Assembly (NCBI GenBank): GCA_046754105.1
Contig: JBHHVD010000001.1
Location: 48,383 to 112,382 of the forward strand
Source: Candidatus Krumholzibacteriia bacterium
GTDB lineage: Bacteria > Krumholzibacteriota > Krumholzibacteriia > WVZY01
DNA: 64,000 nucleotides
Direction: 5' to 3'
Shown here: piece by piece, positions 1 to 9,789 of the stretch
Position numbering within the stretch: position 1 is the stretch's first letter
Layout: each line of letters opens with the position of its first letter
Notes under the pieces: model-generated
The model's database searches: none
Seen by the model: the letters and a program-made list of their open reading frames with translations, nothing else
What the model was told of the DNA's origin: nothing
Program-made: the position numbers and the translations under genes

Positions 1-555
1 CAGGCCGTGCCCATAGCATTGGAAGCTTCGAAATACTTTCGTCCGTTCAAGGTGTTTACAACCGAAGCGGACAAAACGGTGTCTCAAATCGAGAGGAAAA
101 TCAGCAGTGCGTCGCGCAGCCGCCGCGTCCAGACCAACACGACGGAGTTCTGGCGAGTCACAAGAACCGGTGAATCATCCGTTACGCCCACAGGCGACCG
201 GCCGCCGGCCGAACCCGCCTGGTCGCTGCGACACAACCTGATCAGCGCGGTGAGTTACGGCCTGTTGCTACCGTTTTTCCTGCTTGGAATCATTCTGGCG
301 GTACGGACGAGGAATCGCACGGCGTTGATGATCGTGGCAACGGCGTTGTACTACTTCCTGATGAGAGCCTACCTGGGCGGGAGCGAACGAGCTCGTCTCG
401 TCGCCGATCCGTTGATCGTGCTGGTCGCTTTCTACGGGGTGCTCTTCGTAACGCGCAGGATGTTTTCTTTTCCACGCCCGGACGGCGAACGCGGTCAACA
501 ATCCTCACGGAGGTCGCGGCCGGTTATTTCGGGGGGCACGTCGACGCCCATGTAG
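1..555 (+). CDS. 3' part of a GT-C (ArnT/PMT-like) membrane glycosyltransferase, truncated by the window edge
   Basis: Frame open from base 1; several hydrophobic segments; 'ERARLVADPLIVLVAFYG' parallels 'ARFRLPVAPVLMIFAAYA' in the GT-C proteins at 15957 and 17921. Confidence 0.55.
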   Translation, partial: QAVPIALEASKYFRPFKVFTTEADKTVSQIERKISSASRSRRVQTNTTEFWRVTRTGESSVTPTGDRPPAEPAWSLRHNLISAVSYGLLLPFFLLGIILAVRTRNRTALMIVATALYYFLMRAYLGGSERARLVADPLIVLVAFYGVLFVTRRMFSFPRPDGERGQQSSRRSRPVISGGTSTPM

Positions 556-2048
556 TGGCACATGGTCGGCGCGATTTCCTTCAGAGATCCCCCCTCGATC
601 AGGTTGCCGTCGTACCGCTCATCGACCAGAATGCAGGGTACCGGGTTGGTGGTGTGCGCCGTGTGCGGCCCGCCCGTCTCGGGGTCGATCATCAACTCCG
701 CGTTGCCGTGGTCCGCGGTCACGATCGCGGCGTCCCGCCCGGGGTCCAGCGCTTCGATCACCCGCCCGACACAGGTATCCACCGTCTCCACCGCCTCGAT
801 CGCCGCTTCGAGCACTCCGGTGTGGCCGACCATGTCGGGATTGGCGAAGTTACATACAACGTAGTCGTGGCGATTCTCCCCCAGTGTCTGGATCAGGGCC
901 TCGGTGACCCCGAGGGCGCTCATGGCCGGTTGCAGGTCGTACGTCGCCACGCTGGGAGACGGCACCAGGATCCGGTCCTCACCCTCGAACGGCTCTTCAA
1001 CACCCCCGTTGAAGAAATAGGTGACGTGCGCGTATTTTTCCGTCTCAGCCAGACGGAATCCCGTGCGGCCCGCCGCCGCCGCCACCGCGCCGAGGATGTT
1101 TTTCATTCCGGCGCGTGGGAACGCGACGGGCAGTTTGAAGCGCTTATCGTAGGCGGTCATACAGACGAAATCGACCTCAGGCCTGGCCTCGCGCGTGAAC
1201 CCGGTGAAGCCGGCCTCGGTGAAGGCCGCCGTCAATTGCCGTGCGCGGTCGGCGCGAAAGTTGAAGAAGATGATCGAGTCGCCGTCGCGAACGGTGCCAA
1301 CCGGTTTGCCCTTGCCGTCGGTTACGACTATGGGCTCGACGAATTCATCGGTGACGTCCCTGTCGTAGGATTCCCGCAACGCCCCCTGGTAGTCGGTGAC
1401 GCGCCGACCCCGGCCGGCGGTAAGCGCGTCGTAGCCTTTCTGGACCCGGTCCCAGCGTTTGTCCCGGTCCATGCAGTAGTAGCGCCCGCACACCGTCGCC
1501 ACCCGGCCGAGTCGTGCCGCATCGAGTTCGTCCTGCAAATCGGAGAGATACCGCGTTCCGGCGGTCGGCGAGGTGTCACGGCCATCGAGAAACGCGTGTA
1601 CGCAAACGTCTCGTACGCCTCGGCGGCGGGCCATCTCCAGGAGCGCGTAGAGATGCTCCCGGGTGCTGTGTACGCCGCCGGTCGACAACAGGCCCATCAA
1701 GTGCAGGGTGCCGCGGTCCCCGACCGCGTCGCAGGCGCCGGTCAGCGCGCCGTTCTCGAAGAACTCACCGCTCTCGATCGCCCTGGATATCCGCATGATG
1801 TCCTGGTAAACCACGCGGCCGGCGCCGAGGTTGAGGTGGCCGACCTCGCTGTTTCCCATCTGGCCCGCGGGCAGACCTACTTCGGTACCCGACGGATCCA
1901 GCGTCGTGTGCGGATACCGATTCCACAGGCCGTCGACGATCGGTGTTGCGGCCTGCGCCACGGCGTTCGCTTGCCCGTCGGCCCTGAGGCCCCATCCGTC
2001 CATGATCAGTAGCACGATTCGTCGCTTCACTCTTTCCACCTTCTTCAC
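495..2048 (-). CDS. gpmI: 2,3-bisphosphoglycerate-independent phosphoglycerate mutase
   Basis: Motifs LLIMDGWG, GQMGNSEVGH, AETEKYAHVTYFFNGG, NFANPDMVGHTG, TADHGNAE. Confidence 0.97.
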   Translation of the reverse strand: MKKVERVKRRIVLLIMDGWGLRADGQANAVAQAATPIVDGLWNRYPHTTLDPSGTEVGLPAGQMGNSEVGHLNLGAGRVVYQDIMRISRAIESGEFFENGALTGACDAVGDRGTLHLMGLLSTGGVHSTREHLYALLEMARRRGVRDVCVHAFLDGRDTSPTAGTRYLSDLQDELDAARLGRVATVCGRYYCMDRDKRWDRVQKGYDALTAGRGRRVTDYQGALRESYDRDVTDEFVEPIVVTDGKGKPVGTVRDGDSIIFFNFRADRARQLTAAFTEAGFTGFTREARPEVDFVCMTAYDKRFKLPVAFPRAGMKNILGAVAAAAGRTGFRLAETEKYAHVTYFFNGGVEEPFEGEDRILVPSPSVATYDLQPAMSALGVTEALIQTLGENRHDYVVCNFANPDMVGHTGVLEAAIEAVETVDTCVGRVIEALDPGRDAAIVTADHGNAELMIDPETGGPHTAHTTNPVPCILVDERYDGNLIEGGSLKEIAPTMCHYMGVDVPPEITGRDLREDC

Positions 2049-4342
2049 TACGGCTCGTTCCTCTCGAGATCGGCGCGCACGCGCTCGAGATTCACCTGGG
2101 CGTTCCGGTTCGAGGGGTCTATTTCAAGGGCCTTCACGAACTCCTTCTCGGCCCGCTCGAATTCGCCCATGTTTGCATATACCGACCCGAGGGTGATGTG
2201 CCCGTTGGAGTAGTTCGGCTCGACACGTACGGCGCGGGCTCCGTACCGGTGCGCGGCATCGAGCTCGCCGAGCTGGAGGAACATGATCGCCAGGTTGTTC
2301 ATGGCGAAGACGTTCTCCGGGTTCAACTCGATCGCCCTCTCGAAGGCCTGCCTGGCGAGATCGTACTGCTTCAGTTTACCGTAGCACACGCCGAGGTTGT
2401 TGAGCGCCGCCGGAAAGTCGGGCCTGAGGGAGAGCGCCTTGTTGAATTCTTCAACGGCCTTGCGGTACTCGCCCTTCTCCTGGTATCGCTGGCCGAGGTT
2501 GTTGTGGGCGTCCGGGTTGCCGCTGCCGGTGCGCTCGGGCGTAATATAGGCCAGGGCCTCTAGCTTCTTCATCACCTGTTCGGCTGCCTCGTCGTCCGCC
2601 TCGAAAGACTCTGCGTCATTCGTGCGCGTCCGCTGCAAGGTGGCGAGCCGCGTCGTGTTCAGCCGTTCGACCAGCGGCTCCTCCAGGGCCTCCGACAGCA
2701 CCTTGCCGGGCATGTCGGCGGGCACCGGCAGCCCCTGCAGTCCCAGCACCGTCGGGGTGACGTCGAGGACCGATGCGTTTTCTATGCGTCGTCCGGGGCG
2801 TATGCCGTTTCCGTACAGGCAGATGATCCCGTCCAGCTTGTGCCAGAACGCGGCCTTTCCCGCCCATATCTCCGGACGCAGTCGCGGCCGCAGGGCGCCG
2901 CTCTTGAAACCGTGATCCGACGCCACGATCACTACGGTGCGGTCGTCGCATTTCTCCAGTAGCTCTCCGATGATGCGATCCTGTAGCACGTAGGCCTCGG
3001 CGACCGCGTTCTTGAACTTCCGGTAGGCGGTGTCGTCCGTGTCGGGCAACCTCGGCGGGGCATAATGCATGAAGAGATGCTTGGTCGCGTCCACGAGTTC
3101 GAAATAAACGGCCAGAAAATCCGGCTGCTCGGGGCCGAGCAGCTCCATGGCGATCCGGTGGTAACTCAGGGTCGAGGCGTAGAGCATGATCATACTGTTG
3201 ATCGGGTTCTTGGGATCGAACGCGGAGGCCCGGTTTTTCAGGAAAGTGTCGCGGTCGATGTCGATGAACGGTTTGAATTCATCGTAGGTTACAGACTCGC
3301 TCGGCAAGACCAATTCCGATATCTCGGCCAGCCGCTCCGCGGGCGATACGCTCCCCGGCAATACCGCGGAGTCATCCGCGGCGTCTGCATAGGCCAGGTA
3401 GCCGACACGATCCGTTACCATGGTGCCGTTGATCGCTTCTGCGGGAAACGTTGCCAGCCAGCCGACAATACTCACCCTGCGTCCGGCGTCGCTCAGCATG
3501 TTCCAGAATGCGTCGACCCTTCGCGCCCGGCGGCTGATCGGCACTTTCTTGCCCGTCTTCGGATCGACGACGGTAAAGTTGAGTACGCCGTGGTCCTCCG
3601 GGAGCTTGCCCGTGGCCACGGTCGTCCAAATCAGGGGCGAGAGAAGCGGTTCGATGGATCGCAGCGGGCCGCTGGTGCCGCCTTCCACGATCTTGCGGAA
3701 ATTCGGCAGCCGGTCTCCGGCCATCATCGCTCGCAGGATGTCCCAGTCCGCACCGTCGACACCGACGAAGAGCACCTTGCGCAGCGGCTCGGGCTCGACA
3801 GCGACGACGGGTGCTTCCCCACCCGACCTCCATCCCTCGAGCCGGTACTCGGCGACCTCGAGGCCCGCGGGGGTAAGCGCCTTTATCACCTCGCCGATCA
3901 CCGCCTTGTCGTAGCCGGCCGGCATGGCGCCGCCCGTCACCAGCGGCCAGCGCGCGGTCTCTATTTCAACCGTCTCCCGAACGATCCTGGAAAGCCCTGC
4001 GTAGAATTCATCGCCGACCAGCGGCTGGATCAGGGCCCCCGCCCGGTCGGGTACCCGCATGCGGAGGCCGAGGGCCAGATGCGCCTTGCCACCCTCCTTG
4101 CCCAGCAGAGAGTACACCCCCTCGTCGGGAAAACGGTATTCGACCTCCCCGGCGGGGTAGAGCAACCAGCGGGCCGAGAACGGCGGTACGAAGTGAAGGC
4201 CCCGCCCGTACGACGTCGCCTCGCCGTCGTCTCCGATGCGGACCGCCTGGTACCCCTGCGGCACGCGCCGGACGACCAGGGCCGATACCAGGCCCACGAC
4301 GGCCGCGGCGAGGGCGAGCGCTATGATCGCGCGTTGTTTCAT
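2048..4342 (-). CDS. Membrane-anchored alkaline-phosphatase-superfamily (nucleotide pyrophosphatase/phosphodiesterase) protein with N-terminal SPFH-like region and C-terminal TPRs
   Basis: Start moved to MKQRAIIALALAAA (signal/TM); GVDGADW, SPLIWTTVATG, SDHGF motifs; 4 TPR-like repeats (AHNNLG, ALNNLG, AMNNLA, GHITLG). Confidence 0.8.
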   Translation of the reverse strand: MKQRAIIALALAAAVVGLVSALVVRRVPQGYQAVRIGDDGEATSYGRGLHFVPPFSARWLLYPAGEVEYRFPDEGVYSLLGKEGGKAHLALGLRMRVPDRAGALIQPLVGDEFYAGLSRIVRETVEIETARWPLVTGGAMPAGYDKAVIGEVIKALTPAGLEVAEYRLEGWRSGGEAPVVAVEPEPLRKVLFVGVDGADWDILRAMMAGDRLPNFRKIVEGGTSGPLRSIEPLLSPLIWTTVATGKLPEDHGVLNFTVVDPKTGKKVPISRRARRVDAFWNMLSDAGRRVSIVGWLATFPAEAINGTMVTDRVGYLAYADAADDSAVLPGSVSPAERLAEISELVLPSESVTYDEFKPFIDIDRDTFLKNRASAFDPKNPINSMIMLYASTLSYHRIAMELLGPEQPDFLAVYFELVDATKHLFMHYAPPRLPDTDDTAYRKFKNAVAEAYVLQDRIIGELLEKCDDRTVVIVASDHGFKSGALRPRLRPEIWAGKAAFWHKLDGIICLYGNGIRPGRRIENASVLDVTPTVLGLQGLPVPADMPGKVLSEALEEPLVERLNTTRLATLQRTRTNDAESFEADDEAAEQVMKKLEALAYITPERTGSGNPDAHNNLGQRYQEKGEYRKAVEEFNKALSLRPDFPAALNNLGVCYGKLKQYDLARQAFERAIELNPENVFAMNNLAIMFLQLGELDAAHRYGARAVRVEPNYSNGHITLGSVYANMGEFERAEKEFVKALEIDPSNRNAQVNLERVRADLERNEP

Positions 4343-4441
4343 GATGGCATGATAATACGCGATTGCCCGGGGTAGATGTGAGAACAATCCAATCAAGCGG
4401 CGTCGCTTTTGCGCTGGCGAGAACTCGCGAACACGGTTATA

Positions 4442-5383
4442 ATGAGCTTTTTTCGCGCCCCACCTCCACCACGATCGCAAACGAACGTGCCGTCACCGGA
4501 TACATCTGCCAGGAAAGTCGCTGTCGTCGTCCTGACGTGGAACGGCAGATCGCTGACGCTCGACTGCCTGGAATCGCTCGCGGCCTTGACATGGGGCAAT
4601 CTGGAAACCGTGGTAGTGGACAACCACTCGACCGATGGTACCGCGGAAGCGATAAAAAGTTCCTGCGGCGAGACCGTCTCGGTGCTCGTTAACCCGGAAA
4701 ACCTTGGATTTTCCGGTGGAAACAACGTCGGGATACGGTACGCGCTCGACCGCGGCGCCGACTGGGTTCTTCTTCTCAACAACGATACCATCGTCGACCC
4801 CGGGCTCGTGGATCGTCTGGTTGAGGCGGCGGCCTGCGCTCCGGATGTCGGCGTCGTCGGCCCAAAGATCTATTATTCACACCCTCCCGATCGCATATGG
4901 TCCGCCGGCGGCGAGATTTTTCTCTCGCGGGGCACCGCCCGCCACATCGGCATACGCCGGCGCGACACGGGCGAGTACGACACGCCGCGCGACGTGGATT
5001 ATGTCAGCGGATGCGCTCTGATGGCGAGCCGCGACGTGTTCGAAACCATCGGTCTTCTCGACTCCTCCTACGTCCTCTACTTCGAAGACGCGGATTTTTG
5101 CACGCGGGCGAGGATGCACGGCTTTCGCGTGAGGTATGCGCCGGGCGCCGTAGTATGGCACCGGATATCCTCGGCGACCGGCGGACAATTCGGCCGCCGG
5201 AAGGTCGCGCTCAAACTGCGGAGTGCGGTCAAGTTCTTTCGCCGGTACGCATCCCCGCACCACTGGCTTACCATTCCTTTGTTTTTTACAATCGACGTCA
5301 TCCGTATTATCATCCTCGTCCTTGCCGGACGCATTCACAACACCACCGAGCGGGACGGAACGTCCCACGGGAGCAGGCCATGA
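4442..5383 (+). CDS. Glycosyltransferase family 2 (rhamnosyltransferase-like)
   Basis: VVVLTWN, VVDNHSTDGT, NLGFSGGNNVG, LLNND, YFEDADFC; start uncertain (ATG 4442 or GTG 4487). Confidence 0.9.
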   Translation: MSFFRAPPPPRSQTNVPSPDTSARKVAVVVLTWNGRSLTLDCLESLAALTWGNLETVVVDNHSTDGTAEAIKSSCGETVSVLVNPENLGFSGGNNVGIRYALDRGADWVLLLNNDTIVDPGLVDRLVEAAACAPDVGVVGPKIYYSHPPDRIWSAGGEIFLSRGTARHIGIRRRDTGEYDTPRDVDYVSGCALMASRDVFETIGLLDSSYVLYFEDADFCTRARMHGFRVRYAPGAVVWHRISSATGGQFGRRKVALKLRSAVKFFRRYASPHHWLTIPLFFTIDVIRIIILVLAGRIHNTTERDGTSHGSRP

Positions 5384-6240
5384 CCATCGTAATCTTTGGC
5401 GGAGACGGCCAGTTAGGGTCCGACCTGCGGCAAGCCCTGTCTGCGGGCGACGTCGTGCCGGTGGGCCACGAGGACGCCGATATCGTAGACGCCAACGCCG
5501 TCGCCGGGGCCGTCGCCGGGGCCCGACCGCAATGGGTCATCAACTCGGCCGCAATGACGCACGTCGACCGCTGCGAGGAAGAGGACGTCAGGGCATTCGA
5601 GATCAACGCGCTCGGCGCGCGCAACGTGGCCGTGGCGGCCCGGTCGCACGGCGCCCGGATCGTTCACATCAGCACCGATTACGTGTTCGACGGTTCCAAG
5701 GGCGAGCCCTACGTGGAGGAAGACCTGCCGCGCCCGATAAGCGCGTACGGATTGTCCAAGCTCGCCGGCGAGATGTTTGTCCGGACGCTGCACCCCGAAC
5801 ACTACATCATCCGCACGAGCGGCCTGTACGGTCTTCACCGCTGCCGTGGAAAAGGCACCAACTTCGTGGATACGATGCTCCGGTTGTCAAGGGAAAGGGA
5901 CGTGCTGCGAGTCGTAAGTGACGAGGTGCTGACGCCAACGTTTTCCCACGATCTTGCCCAACAGATACGCGTGATGATCGAGGAGAATCCCCCGTACGGG
6001 ATCTACCACGCCACCAACTTGGGACAATGTTCCTGGCATGAATTCGCTGCGGAGATCTTTCGCCTGGCAGGTAGCGGCGCGCGGCTGGAAGAGACCACGG
6101 CGGCCGAATGGAAGGCTCCGGCAAGGCGCCCCGCCTGCTCGGTACTGAAAAACGCCGCGCTCGAGGGCGCGGGCATCCAGTCGATGCCTGACTGGAAGGA
6201 CGCCCTGCGGCGGTACCTCGAAGCCCGGCCCGCCGCCTAG
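5380..6240 (+). CDS. rfbD: dTDP-4-dehydrorhamnose reductase
   Basis: GGDGQLG, HISTDYVFDG, YGLSKLAGE; ATGA overlap with GT2 stop. Confidence 0.93.
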   Translation: MTIVIFGGDGQLGSDLRQALSAGDVVPVGHEDADIVDANAVAGAVAGARPQWVINSAAMTHVDRCEEEDVRAFEINALGARNVAVAARSHGARIVHISTDYVFDGSKGEPYVEEDLPRPISAYGLSKLAGEMFVRTLHPEHYIIRTSGLYGLHRCRGKGTNFVDTMLRLSRERDVLRVVSDEVLTPTFSHDLAQQIRVMIEENPPYGIYHATNLGQCSWHEFAAEIFRLAGSGARLEETTAAEWKAPARRPACSVLKNAALEGAGIQSMPDWKDALRRYLEARPAA

Positions 6241-6515
6241 AACACCGCGTTCACTACCGCGAAAGCGACGAACACGAGGACCAGGACGGGAATTGCGACA
6301 ACGGCGAGCACGAGAGGAAGTACGCTGGACACGGCCCAGGCGGCGACGATAGCGGCCGGAATCAGGAGCACGAGCCCCACCGCGCCCTTGACGACCCACC
6401 AGCCCAACTTGAGCGGCAGAACTACCAGCCAGAACAGGAACTTGAGCAAACCGATGAACATCGCGCCCGCGAGAAAAATAAGCCCTACGACAACCAGAAA
6501 TTCCAACATCACCAC
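6237..6515 (-). CDS. Small hydrophobic membrane protein
   Basis: 92 aa, almost entirely hydrophobic; purine-rich SD-like sequence upstream. Confidence 0.7.
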   Translation of the reverse strand: MVMLEFLVVVGLIFLAGAMFIGLLKFLFWLVVLPLKLGWWVVKGAVGLVLLIPAAIVAAWAVSSVLPLVLAVVAIPVLVLVFVAFAVVNAVF

Positions 6516-6698
6516 ATCCTCTTAATCGGCTGTTAGAGTCTACGACGGGAGTTCAGGAATGTTACACGGGCGGCGTCCGGTTTATTCGACCTCGGCGGGA
6601 GCCTCGACGGGCCCCGGTGGCGGCCGCGCCCCGACCGTCGGCCCGGTTCCCCACACCCCACGTGGTTTTCATGACATTTCTCAAGAATCGTCTTGTTT

Positions 6699-6759
6699 GT
6701 GAGAAATATTTCACATATGTTGTTTGTGGGTTGACTTTGAGAATCGATTCACCTAACGT
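6699..6759 (+). promoter_or_regulatory. Putative sigma70 promoter of the atp operon with upstream CRP/Rex-like palindrome
   Basis: TTGACT (6731-6736), 17 bp, TAACGT (6754-6759); TGAGA-AATATT-TCACA at 6700-6715. Confidence 0.5.
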
Positions 6760-6830
6760 GCATTGATAATTTGCGTCATCGGTGAATAAACGAACCAGCC
6801 CCTGGCTGGGTCCCTTCGTTTGACGTCTCC

Positions 6831-7076
6831 TTGCAAAAAAAGAACGACCGAAACCGCTTTGAGGGTGTGCGCCAGGCCGGTCTACTGACGACCATCCCCG
6901 TTCTGCTGGCGATATCGCCGCTGATCGGATTTTTTATCGGTCGGTTTCTCGACGGCAAGTTCAAGACGGATCCGCTTTTTACCATTATATTCCTGATCCT
7001 GGGATTCGTCGCCGGGGCCATGCAGACCGCTCGCGTAATCCGGCTGGCGAACCGTGACTCGGACGAGAAGGACTAA
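6831..7076 (+). CDS. AtpZ/AtpI-family (ATPase gene 1) membrane protein
   Basis: GFFIGRFLDGKFKTDPLFTIIFLILGFVAG; first gene of atp operon. Confidence 0.85.
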   Translation: MQKKNDRNRFEGVRQAGLLTTIPVLLAISPLIGFFIGRFLDGKFKTDPLFTIIFLILGFVAGAMQTARVIRLANRDSDEKD

Positions 7077-7080
7077 CGTC

Positions 7081-7500
7081 GTGGGTTTGGAGTTTCTGCA
7101 GCGTGTGCGAAAGACATCGATCGTAACGGGTCTCGTCGTTCTCCCCGTGGTCTCCGCCTACGTGGGGCTGGCGGCCGGCGTGGCCTGGGCTCTGGGCGTG
7201 ACGTGGTCGCTCGTCAACGTCTATGTCATCGGGCTGCTGGTACGGTTCGCCTACACGGACGGGAAAAAGGAGCGGCTGCGGGCGGCGCTCCTCTTTGTGG
7301 TCAAGATCCCGGTGCTCTACCTGATCGGCTACCTGCTGCTCAGGAGCGACCGCCTGCCCGATCCCGGACTGCTGGCCGGCTTCATGTGGCCGCTGTCGGT
7401 GATCGTCTTGAAGGCATTCGCAAGGCTCATCCTGAGAATGGACGAGCGGAAGCAGACACCTTACGACGCCGAACCCGACGTCATGCACGGGGACAAGTAG
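7081..7500 (+). CDS. atpI: ATP synthase protein I-like membrane protein
   Basis: About 4 TM segments, directly before atpB; GTG start at 7081 assumed. Confidence 0.7.
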   Translation: MGLEFLQRVRKTSIVTGLVVLPVVSAYVGLAAGVAWALGVTWSLVNVYVIGLLVRFAYTDGKKERLRAALLFVVKIPVLYLIGYLLLRSDRLPDPGLLAGFMWPLSVIVLKAFARLILRMDERKQTPYDAEPDVMHGDK

Positions 7501-7501
7501 C

Positions 7502-8338
7502 GTGGTAGTATTGGAGAGACTCAGAGGCTTTCTCGAGGTGGCCCTCGCCGCCGCCCAGGAAACGCACGGTGGCGGAGGTGAGCAGCACGAGCTGCCCAAC
7601 TTTCTCACCATCGTCATCGAACTCGTCGGCGGAGGCAGCGCGGCGGCCTTCCTGCACCGGTGGGAAAACGTCATTTTTTCGCTGATTATTATTACGGTGC
7701 TGGTGCTGATCGCCCGCGCCGCCTCGAGGAACCCCAAGATGGTGCCCGGCGGGCTGCAAAACGTCGTCGAAATGGTCGTCGAGACCCTTGAAAATTTCAT
7801 CGTCGGCGTAATCGGGCCGCGCGGGCGCAAATTCGTTCCATTTCTTGGCACGCTGTTCCTGTACATCTATTTCATGAACATAGCCGGGCTCATCCCTTTT
7901 CTGAAATCACCATCGGCAAGCATCAACACCACGGTGGCACTCGCCCTGTGCGTGTTTTTGTACGTGCAGTACACCGGCATCAGGGAAAACGGCATCATCG
8001 GTTATGTCGACCATCTGATGGGGCAACCGCGCAACGCCATGCAATGGGCCTTCGTGCCGCTCATGCTTCCGATCCACATCATCGGCGAGTTCGCCAAGCC
8101 GATGAGTCTCTCTTTACGCTTGTTCGGCAACGTCACCGGCGAGGACATCCTGATCTTCATTTTTGTAAGCCTCGGGGTGACGGTAATGAGTTTTACGCAT
8201 GCACCAATCGGCATTCCGCTTCAGCTGCCTTTTATTTTTCTTGCCTTGTTGACGAGCTTCATTCAGGCGCTCGTGTTTACGTTGTTGAGCACTATTTACT
8301 TCGCGATGATGCTTCCCCATGAGGAAGAGCATCACTAG
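7502..8338 (+). CDS. atpB: F0F1 ATP synthase subunit a
   Basis: [34 protein letters not shown]. Confidence 0.97.
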   Translation: MVVLERLRGFLEVALAAAQETHGGGGEQHELPNFLTIVIELVGGGSAAAFLHRWENVIFSLIIITVLVLIARAASRNPKMVPGGLQNVVEMVVETLENFIVGVIGPRGRKFVPFLGTLFLYIYFMNIAGLIPFLKSPSASINTTVALALCVFLYVQYTGIRENGIIGYVDHLMGQPRNAMQWAFVPLMLPIHIIGEFAKPMSLSLRLFGNVTGEDILIFIFVSLGVTVMSFTHAPIGIPLQLPFIFLALLTSFIQALVFTLLSTIYFAMMLPHEEEHH

Positions 8339-8358
8339 CCACGAGGAGGAGAAACGCA

Positions 8359-8595
8359 ATGGACTATCAAGCGATGTTGGCCTGGGCGCTTCCCATCGGC
8401 ATCGGTTTCGCTGCAATCGGCAGCGGTATCGGCCTGGGCCGCGCAGTGGGTTCCGCCATGGAGGCCATCGGCCGCCAGCCGGAGGCGTCGGGCAAGATCC
8501 AGACCGCGATGATCATCGGAGCGGCCCTGATCGAAGCGCTCACGATCTACGCGCTGGTTACAATGTTCATGCTCAAGGGTCTGATCGGTCACTGA
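8359..8595 (+). CDS. atpE: F0F1 ATP synthase subunit c
   Basis: GxGxG helix, RQPE loop, ion-binding Glu in LIEALTIY. Confidence 0.97.
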   Translation: MDYQAMLAWALPIGIGFAAIGSGIGLGRAVGSAMEAIGRQPEASGKIQTAMIIGAALIEALTIYALVTMFMLKGLIGH

Positions 8596-8678
8596 TCAAT
8601 TCGCGCCCATTCGCCTGATGCGCCGGCCCCGCGGCTTCGAGCGCACAGGCCGTCGTTCGAAACGGCAAGGAGCTCAAC

Positions 8679-9161
8679 ATGAACATTGATCCAGGACAGA
8701 TCGTCACTCATATCATCGGCTTTCTCCTGGCGTGCTGGCTGCTGAAACGCTACGCGTGGGAAAGCGTTCTCGGCTTCGTGGAAAAGCGCCGCGCGGCCAT
8801 CGCGGCGTCGTTCGACCAGATCGAGAAGGACCAGGCCCTGGTCGCCACGCAAAAGGAGAACCTCGACAGGGAGTTCCTCAAGATCGAAGAAACGCGCAGG
8901 GAGAGGATACAGGAAGCAGCCCGCGAAGCGGACACCCTGGCCGGCGAGATCAAGGAAGAAGCACGGAGGGAGGCCCTGGCGGCACGCGAGAAATCGAAGC
9001 AGGACATCGCCCTCGAACTCGACAAGGCCAACGAGGTTCTCAAGGACCGCATCATCGACGCGGTCATCCACACGACCGAGAAGATGATACTGGAACGGCT
9101 GGACAAGAAGAAACACGGCGAACTCATCGATCGATTCCTTTCCTCGGTAAAGGTGAGTTGA
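8679..9161 (+). CDS. atpF: F0F1 ATP synthase subunit b
   Basis: N-terminal TM then charged coiled coil; operon position. Confidence 0.93.
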   Translation: MNIDPGQIVTHIIGFLLACWLLKRYAWESVLGFVEKRRAAIAASFDQIEKDQALVATQKENLDREFLKIEETRRERIQEAAREADTLAGEIKEEARREALAAREKSKQDIALELDKANEVLKDRIIDAVIHTTEKMILERLDKKKHGELIDRFLSSVKVS

Positions 9162-9222
9162 TGGGAAGCCGCACAGCAGACGGTGCCGCGGGAGCGGCTG
9201 CGACAGGGGGGGGCGCGACCTG

Positions 9223-9771
9223 ATGCTTTTGCGTGGGGTGGCCAACCGGTACTCGACCGCACTCTTCAACGCGGCGCTCGACGCGGGCGTGGCCGGAGAG
9301 GTGCGCGACGAGCTCCTCGGCTTCAAGGATGTGCTGTCGGCGAGCCCTGAGTTCCGCAGTTTCCTTCTCTCGCCGCAGGTGTTGACGGAACACAAGCGGG
9401 ACATCGTCAACTCGACGATCGGCAAGAAGGGGTCGCCGCTCTTCGCGCGGTTCGTGCTGCTGCTGCTCGACAAGAAGCGTTTTTTCTTCATCGATGAAAT
9501 TGCTGATTCCTACATCGAAATCTATGAGCGCCACGAGGGCATTCTGAAAGTGGAAGTCGTTACCGCGGTGCCACTGGACGCCAGCATGGAGAAAAAGGTG
9601 GTCGCCAAACTGGAAAAAGAAACCGGCAAGAAGATACGAATTACACCTGTAACGGACCCCGAGATCATCGGGGGCATGATTCTCATGATGGAAGACAAAA
9701 TTATTGACGGCAGCATTCGCTTCCAGTTGGAAAAGCTTCGGCGGGACCTGGGCGCGATTCGCGTCGCTTGA
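9223..9771 (+). CDS. atpH: F0F1 ATP synthase subunit delta
   Basis: VANRYSTALF, DPEIIGGM, IIDGSI. Confidence 0.95.
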   Translation: MLLRGVANRYSTALFNAALDAGVAGEVRDELLGFKDVLSASPEFRSFLLSPQVLTEHKRDIVNSTIGKKGSPLFARFVLLLLDKKRFFFIDEIADSYIEIYERHEGILKVEVVTAVPLDASMEKKVVAKLEKETGKKIRITPVTDPEIIGGMILMMEDKIIDGSIRFQLEKLRRDLGAIRVA

Positions 9772-9789
9772 TCAAGAGGAGAACACAGG

